NCBI GenBank assembly: GCA_963726195.1
Contig: CAVSBO010000003.1
Span: 387,011-451,010 of the forward strand
Reading direction: 5' to 3'
DNA length: 64,000 nucleotides
Source of the DNA: Candidatus Thorarchaeota archaeon
GTDB taxonomy: Archaea > Asgardarchaeota > Thorarchaeia > Thorarchaeales > Thorarchaeaceae
The stretch's first letter is position 1; each line of letters starts with the position of its first letter. The notes under the pieces are model-generated. The model made no database searches. It was given only the letters and a program-made list of their open reading frames with translations, and was not told where the DNA came from. Of the stretch, positions 9,713 to 21,917 are shown one piece after another. The position numbers and the translations under genes are program-made.

Positions 9713-12328
9713 ATGAAAACAAAGCACGTCATGATTGTTCTATTTGCACTCATACTCTTTCAGGCAACTTTGTTCACAGGGACACAGCTCACTGCCAGCA
9801 ACAGCCGACAGTCAGCTGGCAACACAGCAATCCAGCCTCCGGCTCAGACCTCAGGAGCAGGTGGCGAGAATCCCCTCATTACTAATGTGGTACAAGGTGG
9901 TGGCTTCGAGACAGCAGATTCCGCTGGCTCCCCCAGCTACTGGAGTTCCTGGGGTACCCAATACGCTAAAACCAACACTACGTACACAGCGATCAAATAC
10001 GGAGGCAGTTATTCTGGTGAAGCGGAGTGCAGGGGGACTTCCCAGTGGTGGGGGTCAGGCGAATTGATTTACAACGGTTACTCATCAATGCCCCATCTTG
10101 TCGCGGGACTCAACTTTACTTCCTATACCTACTTGGTATCAAATCCAGATCTGGCCAATGGCGGGAGAATCGACATTGTGGTCGAGACATACAATCCAAG
10201 CCATGCATTAATCTACTACCTTTCCTATTCGTCTTCATGGAAACCCACGAATGACTCATTCACTGCATACTTCTTGTCGAACTGGTCGATGGGCTCATGG
10301 CAAAGGTTCTCTCGGAATGTGACAGCCGATTACATGACTCGTTTCGGAACACCTCCTGCGAACTGCTACGTGACCTATACGGCATGGCAGGTCTATTCAC
10401 CCGCAAACCCCAAGGGTCTAACGGAGGTCCTTGCAGATGATCATTCTCTGACGAACAGAACTGCATACATCTACACTCCTAACGGTAACTTCGAGTCCGG
10501 AGACGGCAATCATTGGGCTATTGATGATACGTCTCCATGTAGTGTACTGCTCACCACGGACCACACGGAAGGCTCATTTGCAGCCAATATGAGTGCCAAA
10601 AGCGTCATGGCAGGCGGCTATGGTTATGCGGGCATGTCGCAGAGTTACTCCTATCCTCGTGGACTGTACGTCTCGCAGCCCGGGACCGGAGTATTGAGCT
10701 TTGATTGGAAGTACACCGAGACGTACAACGGCGGCTGGGGTCAGGATGCATACATCTACATCTATGCTCAGAACAATACGAGGTCTTTACAAGTGTACTT
10801 GATGATTGGTACAAGCTTGGATTACTTCTCGTACTCAAACTCGTCCAGCCTAATGTACATCAAAGCTTCAGGGTTCGGAAACAACGGGACTTGGCAGCAC
10901 GAAGCGATAGATCTCCATGCCCTCTTCCAAGAGTACAACGTCAGTAGCCTCGTCATAACGGATTACGAATTCGAAGTGGACATTTCAGCCAATGCGAACT
11001 CATCGTCCAACTTGTTGCTGGACAAATTCCGACTCCTGAACTATCCCACACTTGATCCAGGGTTCGAACAGTTCAGGACCTGGTCACCAAGTGACCCAGT
11101 CCCCACCTGGTGGCAGACCAACGCAGGTTATCCCTACATAAACCGGACATCGTTTGCTCACAGCGGCAACTGGGCTGCTAACATTACATCTTACGGAGGA
11201 GTGCCCGCCGGGCTCGACAGAGGACAGTACGTGAGTATCGATGGATCAATCTACACGGACTTCTGGTATCAAGTGAAGAGCACCACTTCGGCTAGCGAGA
11301 GCGTTGCCTATATCGAACTCTATTTCGATTCCGGGGTATGGATATACTACTTGCTGGCAGCAACCAGCATTTATCCCGCGACAAACAGCAGCGACTCTGT
11401 TTACTACTATGTTGATGGCTTCAACCAGACTGGCACATGGAGGAACCTTGTTCGAAACGTGAAGGCAGACTTGGAAGCGGCGTTTGCACCGACTTCATGG
11501 GTTCTCGATACCGTTGAGATGGTCTGCTATGGTGCTGTGGGAGGAACAGTATCTGTCATATTTGATGACATGAACTTCGTCGTAGATACTCATCCTCCAA
11601 CGATAAACCAAGTGCTGAGGAACCCCATAGCCCCAATGTACCATGATGCGGTGCAGGTCACAATCAACGCTACTGATGTCCTGTCGGGCGTGGCTCATGT
11701 CTATGTCTACTACCGAATAGGGACTGGCTCGTGGAGCATATTGACTGCTACCATGTCAGGAGGACTCTACCATGCATCCATTCCTACTCAGTCGTACGGA
11801 GCAAGTGTCTCCTACTATGTGAATGCCACGGACAACCTTGGCCATGTCGCCGTCGGTAGCACCTTCTCGTACGTGCTTGGCGATGACATTGCGCCTGTGA
11901 TTGACTCAATCAGCCCTATCAACAATACAGTTGTCAGCGGTTGGAAATTCGTAAACGTCACGACGCACGACCCAGGTGTTGGCTCTAGCGGCGTCTCACA
12001 CGTGGAACTCTGGTCCGGAAGTAGCCTTCTCGCGAACACCAGCTCTGCACCTTACCAGCTTCACTGGAACACTCAACTCCTGACCAACGGGACCCATACG
12101 CTCACAGTGAGAGTAATGGACAGGGCCGGGAATATGGCATCCGTCATACTTCATTATGATGTCGAGAACGCCCAGACTACCACAACTACTTCGACGACTA
12201 GTACCACGACTACTACCACGAGCGGTACTCAGACTACCACAGGTCCCCCCTTCCTACTCATTGGCGTAGTCGGCATAGTTGCAGTCATCATTGTGCTGGC
12301 TTTGGTGCTGAAGAGTAGAGCTAAGTAG
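9713..12328 (+). CDS. cell-surface glycoprotein paralog S1 (intact)
   Basis: ATG 9713 sits behind GGAGAG and aligns with the paralog starts (MK.KHVMIVLF..LFQ..LFTGT). After the signal peptide come three jelly-roll modules, each opening with a G-F-E motif (QGGGFETADS, PNGNFESGDGNHW, LDPGFEQFRTW), like CBM4/9-type domains. These are followed by Ig-like domains (DDIAPVIDSISP..GVSHVELW..APYQLHWNT..NGTHTLTVRVMDRAGN). The C-terminus has a Thr-rich linker, GPPF, a hydrophobic helix and a KSRAK tail. There are many N-x-S/T sequons. Confidence 0.85.
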   Translation: MKTKHVMIVLFALILFQATLFTGTQLTASNSRQSAGNTAIQPPAQTSGAGGENPLITNVVQGGGFETADSAGSPSYWSSWGTQYAKTNTTYTAIKYGGSYSGEAECRGTSQWWGSGELIYNGYSSMPHLVAGLNFTSYTYLVSNPDLANGGRIDIVVETYNPSHALIYYLSYSSSWKPTNDSFTAYFLSNWSMGSWQRFSRNVTADYMTRFGTPPANCYVTYTAWQVYSPANPKGLTEVLADDHSLTNRTAYIYTPNGNFESGDGNHWAIDDTSPCSVLLTTDHTEGSFAANMSAKSVMAGGYGYAGMSQSYSYPRGLYVSQPGTGVLSFDWKYTETYNGGWGQDAYIYIYAQNNTRSLQVYLMIGTSLDYFSYSNSSSLMYIKASGFGNNGTWQHEAIDLHALFQEYNVSSLVITDYEFEVDISANANSSSNLLLDKFRLLNYPTLDPGFEQFRTWSPSDPVPTWWQTNAGYPYINRTSFAHSGNWAANITSYGGVPAGLDRGQYVSIDGSIYTDFWYQVKSTTSASESVAYIELYFDSGVWIYYLLAATSIYPATNSSDSVYYYVDGFNQTGTWRNLVRNVKADLEAAFAPTSWVLDTVEMVCYGAVGGTVSVIFDDMNFVVDTHPPTINQVLRNPIAPMYHDAVQVTINATDVLSGVAHVYVYYRIGTGSWSILTATMSGGLYHASIPTQSYGASVSYYVNATDNLGHVAVGSTFSYVLGDDIAPVIDSISPINNTVVSGWKFVNVTTHDPGVGSSGVSHVELWSGSSLLANTSSAPYQLHWNTQLLTNGTHTLTVRVMDRAGNMASVILHYDVENAQTTTTTSTTSTTTTTTSGTQTTTGPPFLLIGVVGIVAVIIVLALVLKSRAK

Positions 12329-12344
12329 TGGGAAAACCGAAAGC

Positions 12345-12381
12345 GCGGGGTCTGAAATAGACCCTGCCTCCCATCCTTTTG
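12345..12381 (+). terminator. hairpin plus pyrimidine/T-run terminator after S1
   Basis: GCGGGGTC-TGAAATA-GACCCTGC forms an 8-bp stem with one G-U pair, followed by CTCCCATCCTTTT. It lies 17 nt after the S1 stop. Near-identical elements follow S3 and S4. Confidence 0.6.
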
Positions 12382-12584
12382 ACATCTCCATCTGCTGTCG
12401 AGCCGCACCCAGACCCGTCGAATTCATGATGACGATATCACTCTACCCCGATGTGGATACGAGTGCACTTGTTGGAAAATGATGTGCATGTCAGACATGG
12501 CCAGCACAATCTCACACATGGATTTTCGAGAATGAATCCCCTACGCAGTTGGCCACTAGCAACAATCGAGATAACATGTCATTT

Positions 12585-12720
12585 CTACGCAACATTGATA
12601 TGTAGGACTGTCGACGAGTCAAGTTGTAAGATTTCCACAATGTACGCGGGAAACGATTTGCCCAAACTTGACATTAGCCCATAGCCGCGGGACCGGTCTT
12701 CAAGTTCAGGAGAGATGCAT
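12585..12720 (+). promoter_or_regulatory. conserved surface-gene 5' region (candidate promoter/5' UTR) of S2
   Basis: Contains ATTGATATG (12594-12602), a possible TATA-like box about 125 nt upstream of the start, and GTTCAGGAGAGATGCAT before the ATG. Both elements are shared with S4 and with the R2 repeats. No TSS data are available. Confidence 0.35.
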
Positions 12721-15700
12721 ATGAAAGCAAAGCACGTCATGATTGTTCTGTTTATGTTTATTCTGTTTCAGGGATTTCTGTTCACGGGGACACCGTCGAC
12801 TGCCGGCACCAAAGGACAGGCAGCGGGTGGCATAGCAGTTCAGGCTCCGGTTCAGATCGCAGGAGCAGGTGGCGAGAACCCACTCGTGACCAATGTGCTG
12901 GAGGGAGGGGGCTTCGAGCAGGTCCAGAGCATGGGGTACCCTTCAGAGTGGAGCTCCTCTGGTTCTTGTGACCTCAGCCAGAATGCTTCCTATACGGGTC
13001 TCACATACGGCGGTTCGTACTCTGGTCAGATTGTTGCAAGGGGAACGCCACAGTGGGGGGGTAGCTCAGGGATGTTCTATCGTACCTATCAGCTTTCTTC
13101 AAGGCCGTATTTGACTCAGGGAATCAGCATTGACCTCTACACGTACATTGTTTCCAACCCTGATTTGGCAAGAAATGGTCAGTACTATATCCGCGCTCAG
13201 GTTTGGACCCCCAGTGGCTATCGCAACGTAGTCTACTATATGTCCTTTAGAGTTGGATATTCGCTAGGCAACAGCTCGCAAACTGTCAACTTCGCACTGA
13301 ATACCACAATCGGCTATTGGAGCCATCTGCAGAGAAACATGACCGCAGACTTTGAGTCAAGATTTGGCGCGGTTCAGAGCGGCTCCTACATCTACGAAAT
13401 TGATTGGCTAACCTATTCGCCTTATGGCTCAACAGGCCCCACGGAGGTTGTAGTAGATGAAGTCAATCTCTACAATCGAACTGCCCATGAGTTACTCCTG
13501 AACGGTGACTTCGAAGACGGTGACGGATCCCACTGGGACACAAGCTATGGCTCCCCCGGGTATGTCTATACCACTTCGGACTGTACAGAGGGCTCGCGTG
13601 CCGCCAACCTCACGGTCAGGGCTGCACAAGCAAACGCATGGGGATACGCATACATGGCGCATTGGTACAGTTATCCTCAAGGCCTGTACGCGGCAGAGCC
13701 CGGTAGCGGGGTTGTATCATTTGACTGGAACTACCGGGATACGAACAACGGCGGCTCTGGACAAGGTGCATTTCTCGAAATCGATGTGGGAAACCAGACA
13801 TACTCCTGCACCGTCTTGGTTTTCTTGGGTCAGGACCTAGACTACTTCCCCAGTGAGAACTATACCAGCACCGTATACGTGAGAGCTTCTGGGTTCGGCA
13901 GCAGAGGAACTTGGGAACATCAGTCAACCGATCTCGGTGCATTGTTACGACAGAGGAACATCACTGATGTGACAATAGAGGACTTCATGTTCTATATCCA
14001 GACCTCAAGTCGGGCGAACTCATCAGCCACATTGCTGCTCGACAGTTTTGAATTCCGGACGTATCCTACAATTGACCCTGGATTTGAACAAGACTGGTAT
14101 TGGTCAACGAGTAGTCCCGTCACAGGCTGGTGGACGAGCGGTGCTGGGTACCCGTACGTTAATCGAACATCATTCGCCCACACTGGCAATTGGGCGGCGA
14201 ACGTCACGGCGTATGGGGGCGCAGCCGGAGGACTCTATAGGACCCAATACGTCGAAGTCGATGCATCGATTTTCACAGACTTTTGGTACCAGTTAATGGA
14301 TACGACCTCGGCCAGTGGCAGCATTGCCTACATCATGCTCTATTTCTGTTCAGGGCAAACGATTTGCTACCTGCTTGCAGCAAGTAGCGATTACTCCCCG
14401 ACGAACAGCAGTGACACCGTCTTCTACTATGTCGATGGGTTCAACCAGACTGGTACATGGAGGAACCTAGTTCGCAACGTGAAGACAGACTTGAAACTGC
14501 ATTTGCTCCGACCGCATGGATTCTCGATCAAGTCAGTATCTACTGCTATGGAAGCGGAGGAGACAGACTATCTGTAATCTTTGACGACATGAATTTCGTT
14601 TCTGACACGCATGCGCCCAACTTCACATTCGTGGGCCTTGACGGACACGAACCCACGTACTACAATGAGGCCACCGTAAGGATTAACCTGACCGAATTGA
14701 GCCCCGTCACCACTGCAGTTTACTACAACAACGGATTGGGCTGGGTGAGAACGCTGGCTGCAAATATGGGCAGGGACTTCCTTGCCTACATTCCTAAAGG
14801 CCCCTACGGAACAGTGGTTCACTGGTATGCCAATGCAACCGACAACTGGGTCACAGTGCAATCGATAACAATCACGGCAGCTACTTTCATACATAATCGG
14901 AGACGACATCCCCCCTGTGATTGACTCGATTCGACCAAAGAACAGCACCGTTGTCACGGGTTTGAACATAGTGAAGGTAAACACAAGTGATCCCGGTGTT
15001 GGTTCAAGCGGCATCTCGCACGTTGAACTCTGGCTTGGGTCTAGCCTTCTTGCAAACGACAGCTCTGCACCGTACCAACTTCTATGGAATACTCGGCTAG
15101 TGGGTAATGGGACTCACACATTGACAATAAAGACAGTGGACAATGCGGGTGAGTCATCTACTGGACATCTGTATGTTGACGTTGAGAATGACGTGGCAGG
15201 GCCATCGATTTCGGGGGCGGTGGTCAACCCATCCCATCCAGAGGTTCATCAGTCGGTGACAGTCTCTGTAGGAGTAGCTGATGTTACGGGCGTTGCGAGT
15301 GTCACACTCTACTACAAGGTGGGAGCAGGAGACTGGCAGACTCTGCCAATGAGCGCATCGGGTGCACTATACAGTGCAATAATCCCGGGCGCTGACTACG
15401 GGAAATCCGTGTCATTCTACATTGTCGCAATCGATGTGTTCGGTCAGCCATCCACTTATGGGTCCGTGGTCAGCCCTCAGACTTACGGTGCTGTTGACAC
15501 GATTGATCCGACGATTGGAGTGACAGGTCCTGTGGCAGGAAGCAAGATAATAGGGCTTGTTCGCTTCAATGTGTCGGCTACGGATAGCGGAAGTGGAATT
15601 GCCAACGTGACTTTCCTAGTCGATGGCTCCGAAGTTGATATGAGCACGGCCACACCGTGGGTATACGAATGGAATACTGGCTCTGTCGCGAATGGCTTGC

Positions 15701-15909
15701 ACACGATACGATTCACGGCAGGAGACAAAGCTGGGAACGTCGTGTCAGTGTCAATTCAGTATGACATCGAGAACCCTCAAGGCCTTGATGCTGTAGGCTA
15801 CGCGCTGCAGAGTTTCATGTCCCAGTTCGGGATTGTCGTGGGAGTTGCAGCTGTTCTGGGACTGGTACTTGTGTTCAAACTGATCATGGCTAGGAGGCAG
15901 ACCAAGTAG
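12721..15909 (+). pseudogene. cell-surface glycoprotein paralog S2, frame disrupted (2 lesions)
   Basis: ORFs 12715-14577, 14457-14924 and 14917-15909 are collinear with S1. Frame switches are at about 14495 (one G missing relative to S1, GACTTGAAACTG versus GACTTGGAAGCG) and about 14888. Extra Ig-like repeats are present. The C-terminus is a TM helix plus ARRQTK. ATG 12721 aligns with the S1 start. Confidence 0.8.
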
Positions 15910-15933
15910 GATTACTCGTGGAGGAAAAAAAGA

Positions 15934-18900
15934 ATGAGAAAGCACGCTATTGTCTTATTGATGGCTCTGGTTATCGTGATACAAGGAGTTCTCGTCACCG
16001 GAATTGTCCAGCCGAAAGCCGGTTCCCTGACGCAGAACGTGCCTCAACACGAGAACGTCTACCAATCAGCAGGCTTGCCTGGTGAGAAGCCTTTGCTGGC
16101 CAACGTACTTCCCAATCCAGGATTCGAGCAAGTTGACTCCTACGGAGGACCGCTCCAGTGGAATTACTATGGCTCGGCCTATACTGGATCAAACGCTTCC
16201 TATACGGGACTAACCTACGGCGGATCCTACTCCGGTCTGTTGGAGGCAATGGGAACACAGCAATGGGGAACGGATGCGTACATGTACCGTTACTTGACAA
16301 GTGCGCCCTTTGCTATGCTTTCGCAGCGTATTATTCTCAACCTGTTCTGGGACGTCCGTCAGAATCCGGATATTGCAAGGTGGGCTTATGCATACATACG
16401 ACTCGAAATGTATAACGGCTCGACTGGTTCTACATCTACTATGCGCTCTCTTTCGGCAATAACGTCGGTTCCAACAGCACGCACTCCTCATGGATACGCC
16501 TTAACAACACCCTTGATGCTTGGCATCAATTGAACAGGAATGTCACCTCCGACTTTGAGAAATGCTTCCTTATGCCAGTACCAACGAACATGATGCTCTA
16601 TGACATGTTCTTCTATGCCGTATCACCCCAACAAGCCACTGGAAAAATAACCATGGTAATAGACGAAATCAGTCTCAGGAATTCGACACTATACGAGTAC
16701 TTGCTCGATAGCAATGGCAACTTCGAGATGGGAAATGGTGCCAACTGGAATACGAAATCGTCGTATGACCCGGCCCGAGTTGCCTTGACCGCCGAGCATA
16801 CCGAAGGGAATCATGCGGTGAACATGTCCTGTTCTGCAAGTGGCAGCGGGTTGAATCGCTATGCTTCTCTCTACCAGTATTCCTACCGTGGGCTCTTCAC
16901 CGAACCGGATGGCTTGGTCGTTCAGTTTGACTACATGTACAAAGATGCTCAAGGAGGGGGAACGGGTCAGTATGCCTACGTGTACGTTTCCTACTCCAAC
17001 AGGAGTATCAGTGGGAACGTCTTTTGGTACTTGGGCAGGGGCTCAGACCTCTTTGATGACGTCAATTCGACGTACTATTGCTACACGAGGGCTGATGGTT
17101 TCGGCTCACGAGGCGTTTGGCATCATGTCACAGCAGACGTCGGAAGCCTTCTCAAACAGAATCATATAACGAACGTTGCCGTTCAATATCTCACGTTCTA
17201 CGTCAACGCGGGTTCAAGTGCCAATTCCTCGGTCCAACTCTTGGTCGACAGGGTCTCGGTCGTGACGGACCCTCTCGGGGATCCGGGCTTCGAACAGGAC
17301 ACGAATCTGTACTTCGGTCCCGTACCATCATGGGATATCTGGAGTGGAGGGGCACCAACGTCAGTCAGACTGCGAGCGCTCGGACCGGGAAATGGGACGC
17401 GAACTTGACTGCCTATGGCGGAACTTCAGCAGCCATCTACCGATCGATGTGGCTGGAAATGGATTCATCCGTGTTCACAGATTTCTACTGGAAACTCGAT
17501 TCTTCGCCATATGCCTCGTCTACCTATGTCGTGGTGAGGCTCAGTTTCCAGGGAGGCTATGAGGTCAACTATGTGCTGGCGAACGTGGGCGGCTCCTACT
17601 CTAATAGCAGTTGGCAGGCAACATACTATGCCTCAGGGCTGAATCAGACAGGAGTCTGGAACAGACTATACAGAAATCTCACTTTGGATTTCACGTCGGT
17701 CTTTGGCACGCCTGTCTCGAGCTGGAATCTGACACAGTGTGTTCTCGACGCATATGGCGGCAGTTCTGGCGGAAAGATTCAGTCCTGTTCGACGACATGA
17801 ACTTCCTTGACAAACAGGGTCCCACTATACGTCAAGTCTTGAGAACCCAATAGTTCCGATGTATCATGACGTAGTCAAGGTGACAGTCAATGCGACCGAC
17901 AACTTGGCAGGCGTAGGCCAAGTCTGGCTGTATTATCGTCAAGGCGCTGGCCCGTACACCGTCGCTAGTGCTGTGAAGTCCGGGGGACTCTACCAGGCGT
18001 TCATACCTCCTGAGTCATACGGTATTCCCATCTATTACTACGCCAATGCAACTGACAAATGCGGCTCAATCACTACGACTAGCAGCTTCTCGTATGTGCC
18101 CGGCGACGATGTCGCCCCTCATGTCGAAATCCTGTCACCCGATCAGAGCGATGTGCTGACAGGGACTGTGGTCATTAATGCAAGCGCCTATGATGCTGGC
18201 AGCGGGGTGGCTTACGTGCTTTTCCGGGTTGACGGAAACCTCATCGCCAACATTTCAGCAGCACCGTACGAGTATGCTTGGAACAGCCGTCTGGTCACGA
18301 ACAGCATGCACACTATCCAACTAACAGCCTACGATGTCGCTGGCCTGCCTTCGTCCACCTCGGTGGGCATCTCAACCGCGAACGACTTCTCGCCCCCAAT
18401 GCTATCAGGAGTACATCTCAACCCGGCAGTTCCTCAGTACGGCCAAAACGTTGTGGTCTACGTTGCAGTCACTGACCAATCCGGTGTGCATAGCGTGGTC
18501 CTTCATCACAGGATAGATTCTGGATCCTGGACAGCTACTGCAATGAGCGCATCAGGCGCCCTCTACGAGGCTGTCCTAGGCTCGGACGTCTACGGGACCA
18601 GGGTGGAATACTACGTAGTCGCGATGGACGTCTACAACGCCTCTGTCTCGATCGGTTCTCAGAGTTCGCCAATGTTCTACATCGTTGGCGACACCACGAA
18701 CCCAACAATCAGTGTCAGCGGACCGTCAACAGGCACCCCGCTTGGGGGCACAGTGTGGTTCAGCGTGTCCGCAAATGACGGAATCGGCGGAGCAAGCGGC
18801 TTGGGCAGATTCCTGTTCTTTGTAGACGGCACACTGGCTGGGAATAGCTCGACTGTTCCAAGCAACTTCACTTGGGCTACGACATCCGTGTCAAACGGAT

Positions 18901-19121
18901 ACCATACCCTCACGTTCCGTGTCGTTGATCGCGCAGGCAATCCCGCATCTGTCAATCTAACGTACTATGTGGCCAACGGGGTAATTGACTTCGGACCCGT
19001 CATGTCCTCTTACGGATTCTTCATCGGAGCAGGCGGCACTATCGCAGTCATAATAGTGGTCAGCATTCTATTGAAGAGAAGAGCGCGAAGTAAGACAAAC
19101 GATCCAGAAAGCGGGGTCTGA
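15934..19121 (+). pseudogene. cell-surface glycoprotein paralog S3, frame disrupted (4 lesions)
   Basis: ORFs 15934-16533, 16530-17408, 17117-17800, 17611-17853 and 17859-19121 are collinear with S1/S2. Frame switches are at about 16420, 17350, 17778 and 17844 (AGAACCCA where AGAAACCCA is needed). The gene starts 24 nt after the S2 stop, behind GGAGG. The C-terminus is a TM helix plus KRRARSK. Confidence 0.8.
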
Positions 19122-19147
19122 AATGGACCCTGCCTCCCCTCTTTTTG
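19111..19147 (+). terminator. hairpin plus T-run terminator after S3
   Basis: GCGGGGTC-TGAAATG-GACCCTGC followed by CTCCCCTCTTTTT. The S3 stop codon (GGGGTCTGA) lies inside the 5' arm. Confidence 0.6.
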
Positions 19148-19195
19148 ACATTTTCATCCATCAATTCAACAGTCTTCCACCGACTTTCATACGCT

Positions 19196-19329
19196 TGACG
19201 CAATCTTGATATGTCATGTTCGATTAGCGTGATTCTGTTACCATATTGGCATTGCAGTATGAGAGTAGCCTTGCCAATACCAAGGTTTTCCTTGGTGGAG
19301 TAGTCTCTAAGTTTAGGAGAGAATGCTAC
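19196..19329 (+). promoter_or_regulatory. conserved surface-gene 5' region of S4
   Basis: CTTGATATG at 19205-19213 and GTTTAGGAGAGAATGCTAC before GTG 19330, homologous to the S2 5' region and to the R2 repeats. Confidence 0.35.
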
Positions 19330-21901
19330 GTGAAAGCAAAGCACGTCATCATTGTTCTGTTCATATTCATGCTCTTTCAGGGAACTCTGTTTACGGGAAC
19401 ACCGTTGACTGCCACCAGCGGGCGACAGCCAGCCGGCAACACAGCAATTCAATCTCCGGTTCACACCGCCGGGGCGGGTGGAGAGAATCCCCTAATCACC
19501 AACGTAGTATCCGGAGGAGGCTTCGAGGAAGTGATATATAATGGCGCTCCTTACGACTGGAGCTGGTATTCCACCGGATATGGAAACCAGAGTGCCGCCT
19601 ACACGGCACGTAGGCACAGCGGAAACTACGCGGGCGAACTTGAAGCCGAAGGAACCGCCCAGCAGTGGGGCTATTCCTATATGTACTACTACCCGACGTA
19701 TGGTCCGAAAGTATATCTGACTCAGGGAATCATTTTCGACTTCTACAACTACTTAGTAGTCCAACCCCAATCGTATTGCTGGTGGCAACGCTTACGTAAG
19801 GGTCTATTTGTACGACGCAGGTTAAACAGACTACTTCGTCTACTACTATCTGTCTTACCCTAACTCAGGCCTACCTTCCAACAGCTCACAATACACCTAT
19901 TTCGGACTAAACGAGACCTTAGGGATGTGGTATGGGATTCATAGGAATATCACGGCTGATTTCCGGACTAGCTTTGGAACTCCCAGTCCGACACGCTACG
20001 TATACGAAATCATGTGGGAAGTGGACTCGCCTCGTTCCCCGACGGGGCTAACGAAGACCGTTCTTGACGACGTAAGTATCACCAACCGTACAGCCCATGA
20101 GTTCGCTGATAACGGTGACTTTGAAAGCGGGAACGGCGTTCACTGGGGTTCAAGCGGACTAACGAGCCCAGGCGTACATTTACACAACGTCCGACTGCAC
20201 AGAAGGCACACGGGCCGCGAATGTCAGCTGCAAGGCCATTGCACCGTATAGCAATGGTTACGCATACTTAGGCGAAGTTCTTTGACTATCCTCAGGGGCT
20301 GTATGCAGCGCAGCCTGCCAATGGCATTGTGGAATTTGACTGGAAATACTATGATACCCACAATGGTGGCTCCCAACAATTCGCATACCTGTACATCTAC
20401 GCCACGAACGAGTCGTTCTACTGCTTCGTGGACGTATATCTAGGCCGGGACCTCAACAGCAATTCCCAGACGAACTATACAAACGACATATCCATGAATG
20501 CAACGGGGTTTGGCAATAGAGGAAGTTGGCAGCACGAAGTGCTTGACCTTGGGCTGCTGTTCCAGCAGCTGAATATCCGTAATGTTGCAATAGAGCAGAT
20601 ACTCTTCGGGGTCGACCTCGGAGAGCAGGATAATTCCTCGGTTACTCTTCTGGTTGACAATTTTCAGTTTCGAACTTACCCCACGATCGACCCTGGATTC
20701 GAACAGGATTGGTATTGGTCGGCCTCAAGTCCAGTAACTGGTTGGTGGACGGACGGCTGGTCGTACCCGTACGTCAATCGTACATCAGATCATCACAGCG
20801 GGAAGTGGGCGGCCAATATCACCGTCTACAATACTTACTATGCAGGACTCTACCGGACTCAGTTTGTGAAGATTGATCAGTCCATTTTCACAGACTTCTG
20901 GTTCAAGGCTGAATGGCATCACATCCGTCGGCGAAAACGCAGCCTTCATCAAGCTCATGTTCGATGGCGGATTCGCTATCACTTACGTGGTTGCCGCAAG
21001 CAGCGCATACTCTCCGGGGAACTCGAGTAGTGATACCTACTACTTTGTGAATGGTTTCAACCAGACCGGAACCTGGAGGAACATCGTACGGAACGTTCAG
21101 GCAGACCTTGAAGCGCGGTTCAGTCATCATTCTTGGAATCTTACCGAGGTGGAGGTCTACGCTGCGACTGGGGGAGGAGGAAGTGTATCCGTTATCTTCG
21201 ATGACATGAATTTCGTCCGCGATACGCATGCTCCAACGGTAACTCAAGTGCAAAGGAATCCCACGAGCCCTATGTACTATTCCACGGTCCAGGTTTCAGC
21301 CAGTGCTTCTGACAATCTGGCTGGCGTTGAGAGTGTCTATGTCTATTATCATCAAGGCACCGGCCCGTGGAGCAAACTGAACGCCACCTTGTCAGGAGGG
21401 CTCTACCGTGCATCAATTCCTACTGAGTCCTATGGCGTGAGCGTCTACTACTACGTGAATGCTACAGACAATTGTGGCAACATCGCCGTCAGCAGCACCG
21501 ACTCATATGTACCCGGCGACGACATTGCTCCTGTGGTTGACTCAATCAGTGCGAACAACAACACTGTTGTCACGGGCTGGAACTACGTGAATGTCAGCGC
21601 GCATGACCCCGGCGTTGGCTCAAGTGGTGTTTCACGTGTCGAGCTATGGTTCGGGTCAACCCTTCTCGCCAATGGCAGCTCTGGACCCTACCAGCTTCAC
21701 TGGAATAGTGGCCTATTGGCCAACGGGAATCACACCCTCACGTTGAGGGTAGTGGACAACGCTGGGAATACAGCCTCCACCTCACTACGGTACGACATCG
21801 AGAATCCCGTAAGTATTCTCACCCTAGTACTTGGGGCAGGCATTGTGATCGCGGTTGTCGTTGCGCTGGCCTTCGTGTGCATGAAAGGACGTCACAAGTA
21901 G
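19330..21901 (+). pseudogene. cell-surface glycoprotein paralog S4, frame disrupted (5 lesions)
   Basis: GTG 19330 aligns with the S1/S2 ATG (VKAKHVIIVLF). ORFs 19246-19863, 19925-20251, 20329-21030 and 20873-21901 are collinear with S1. Frame switches are at about 19759, 20174, 20277 and 20910. There is also an in-frame TAA at 19823-19825. The C-terminus is a TM helix plus KGRHK. Confidence 0.8.
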
Positions 21902-21917
21902 CTCGATAATCGAAAAT

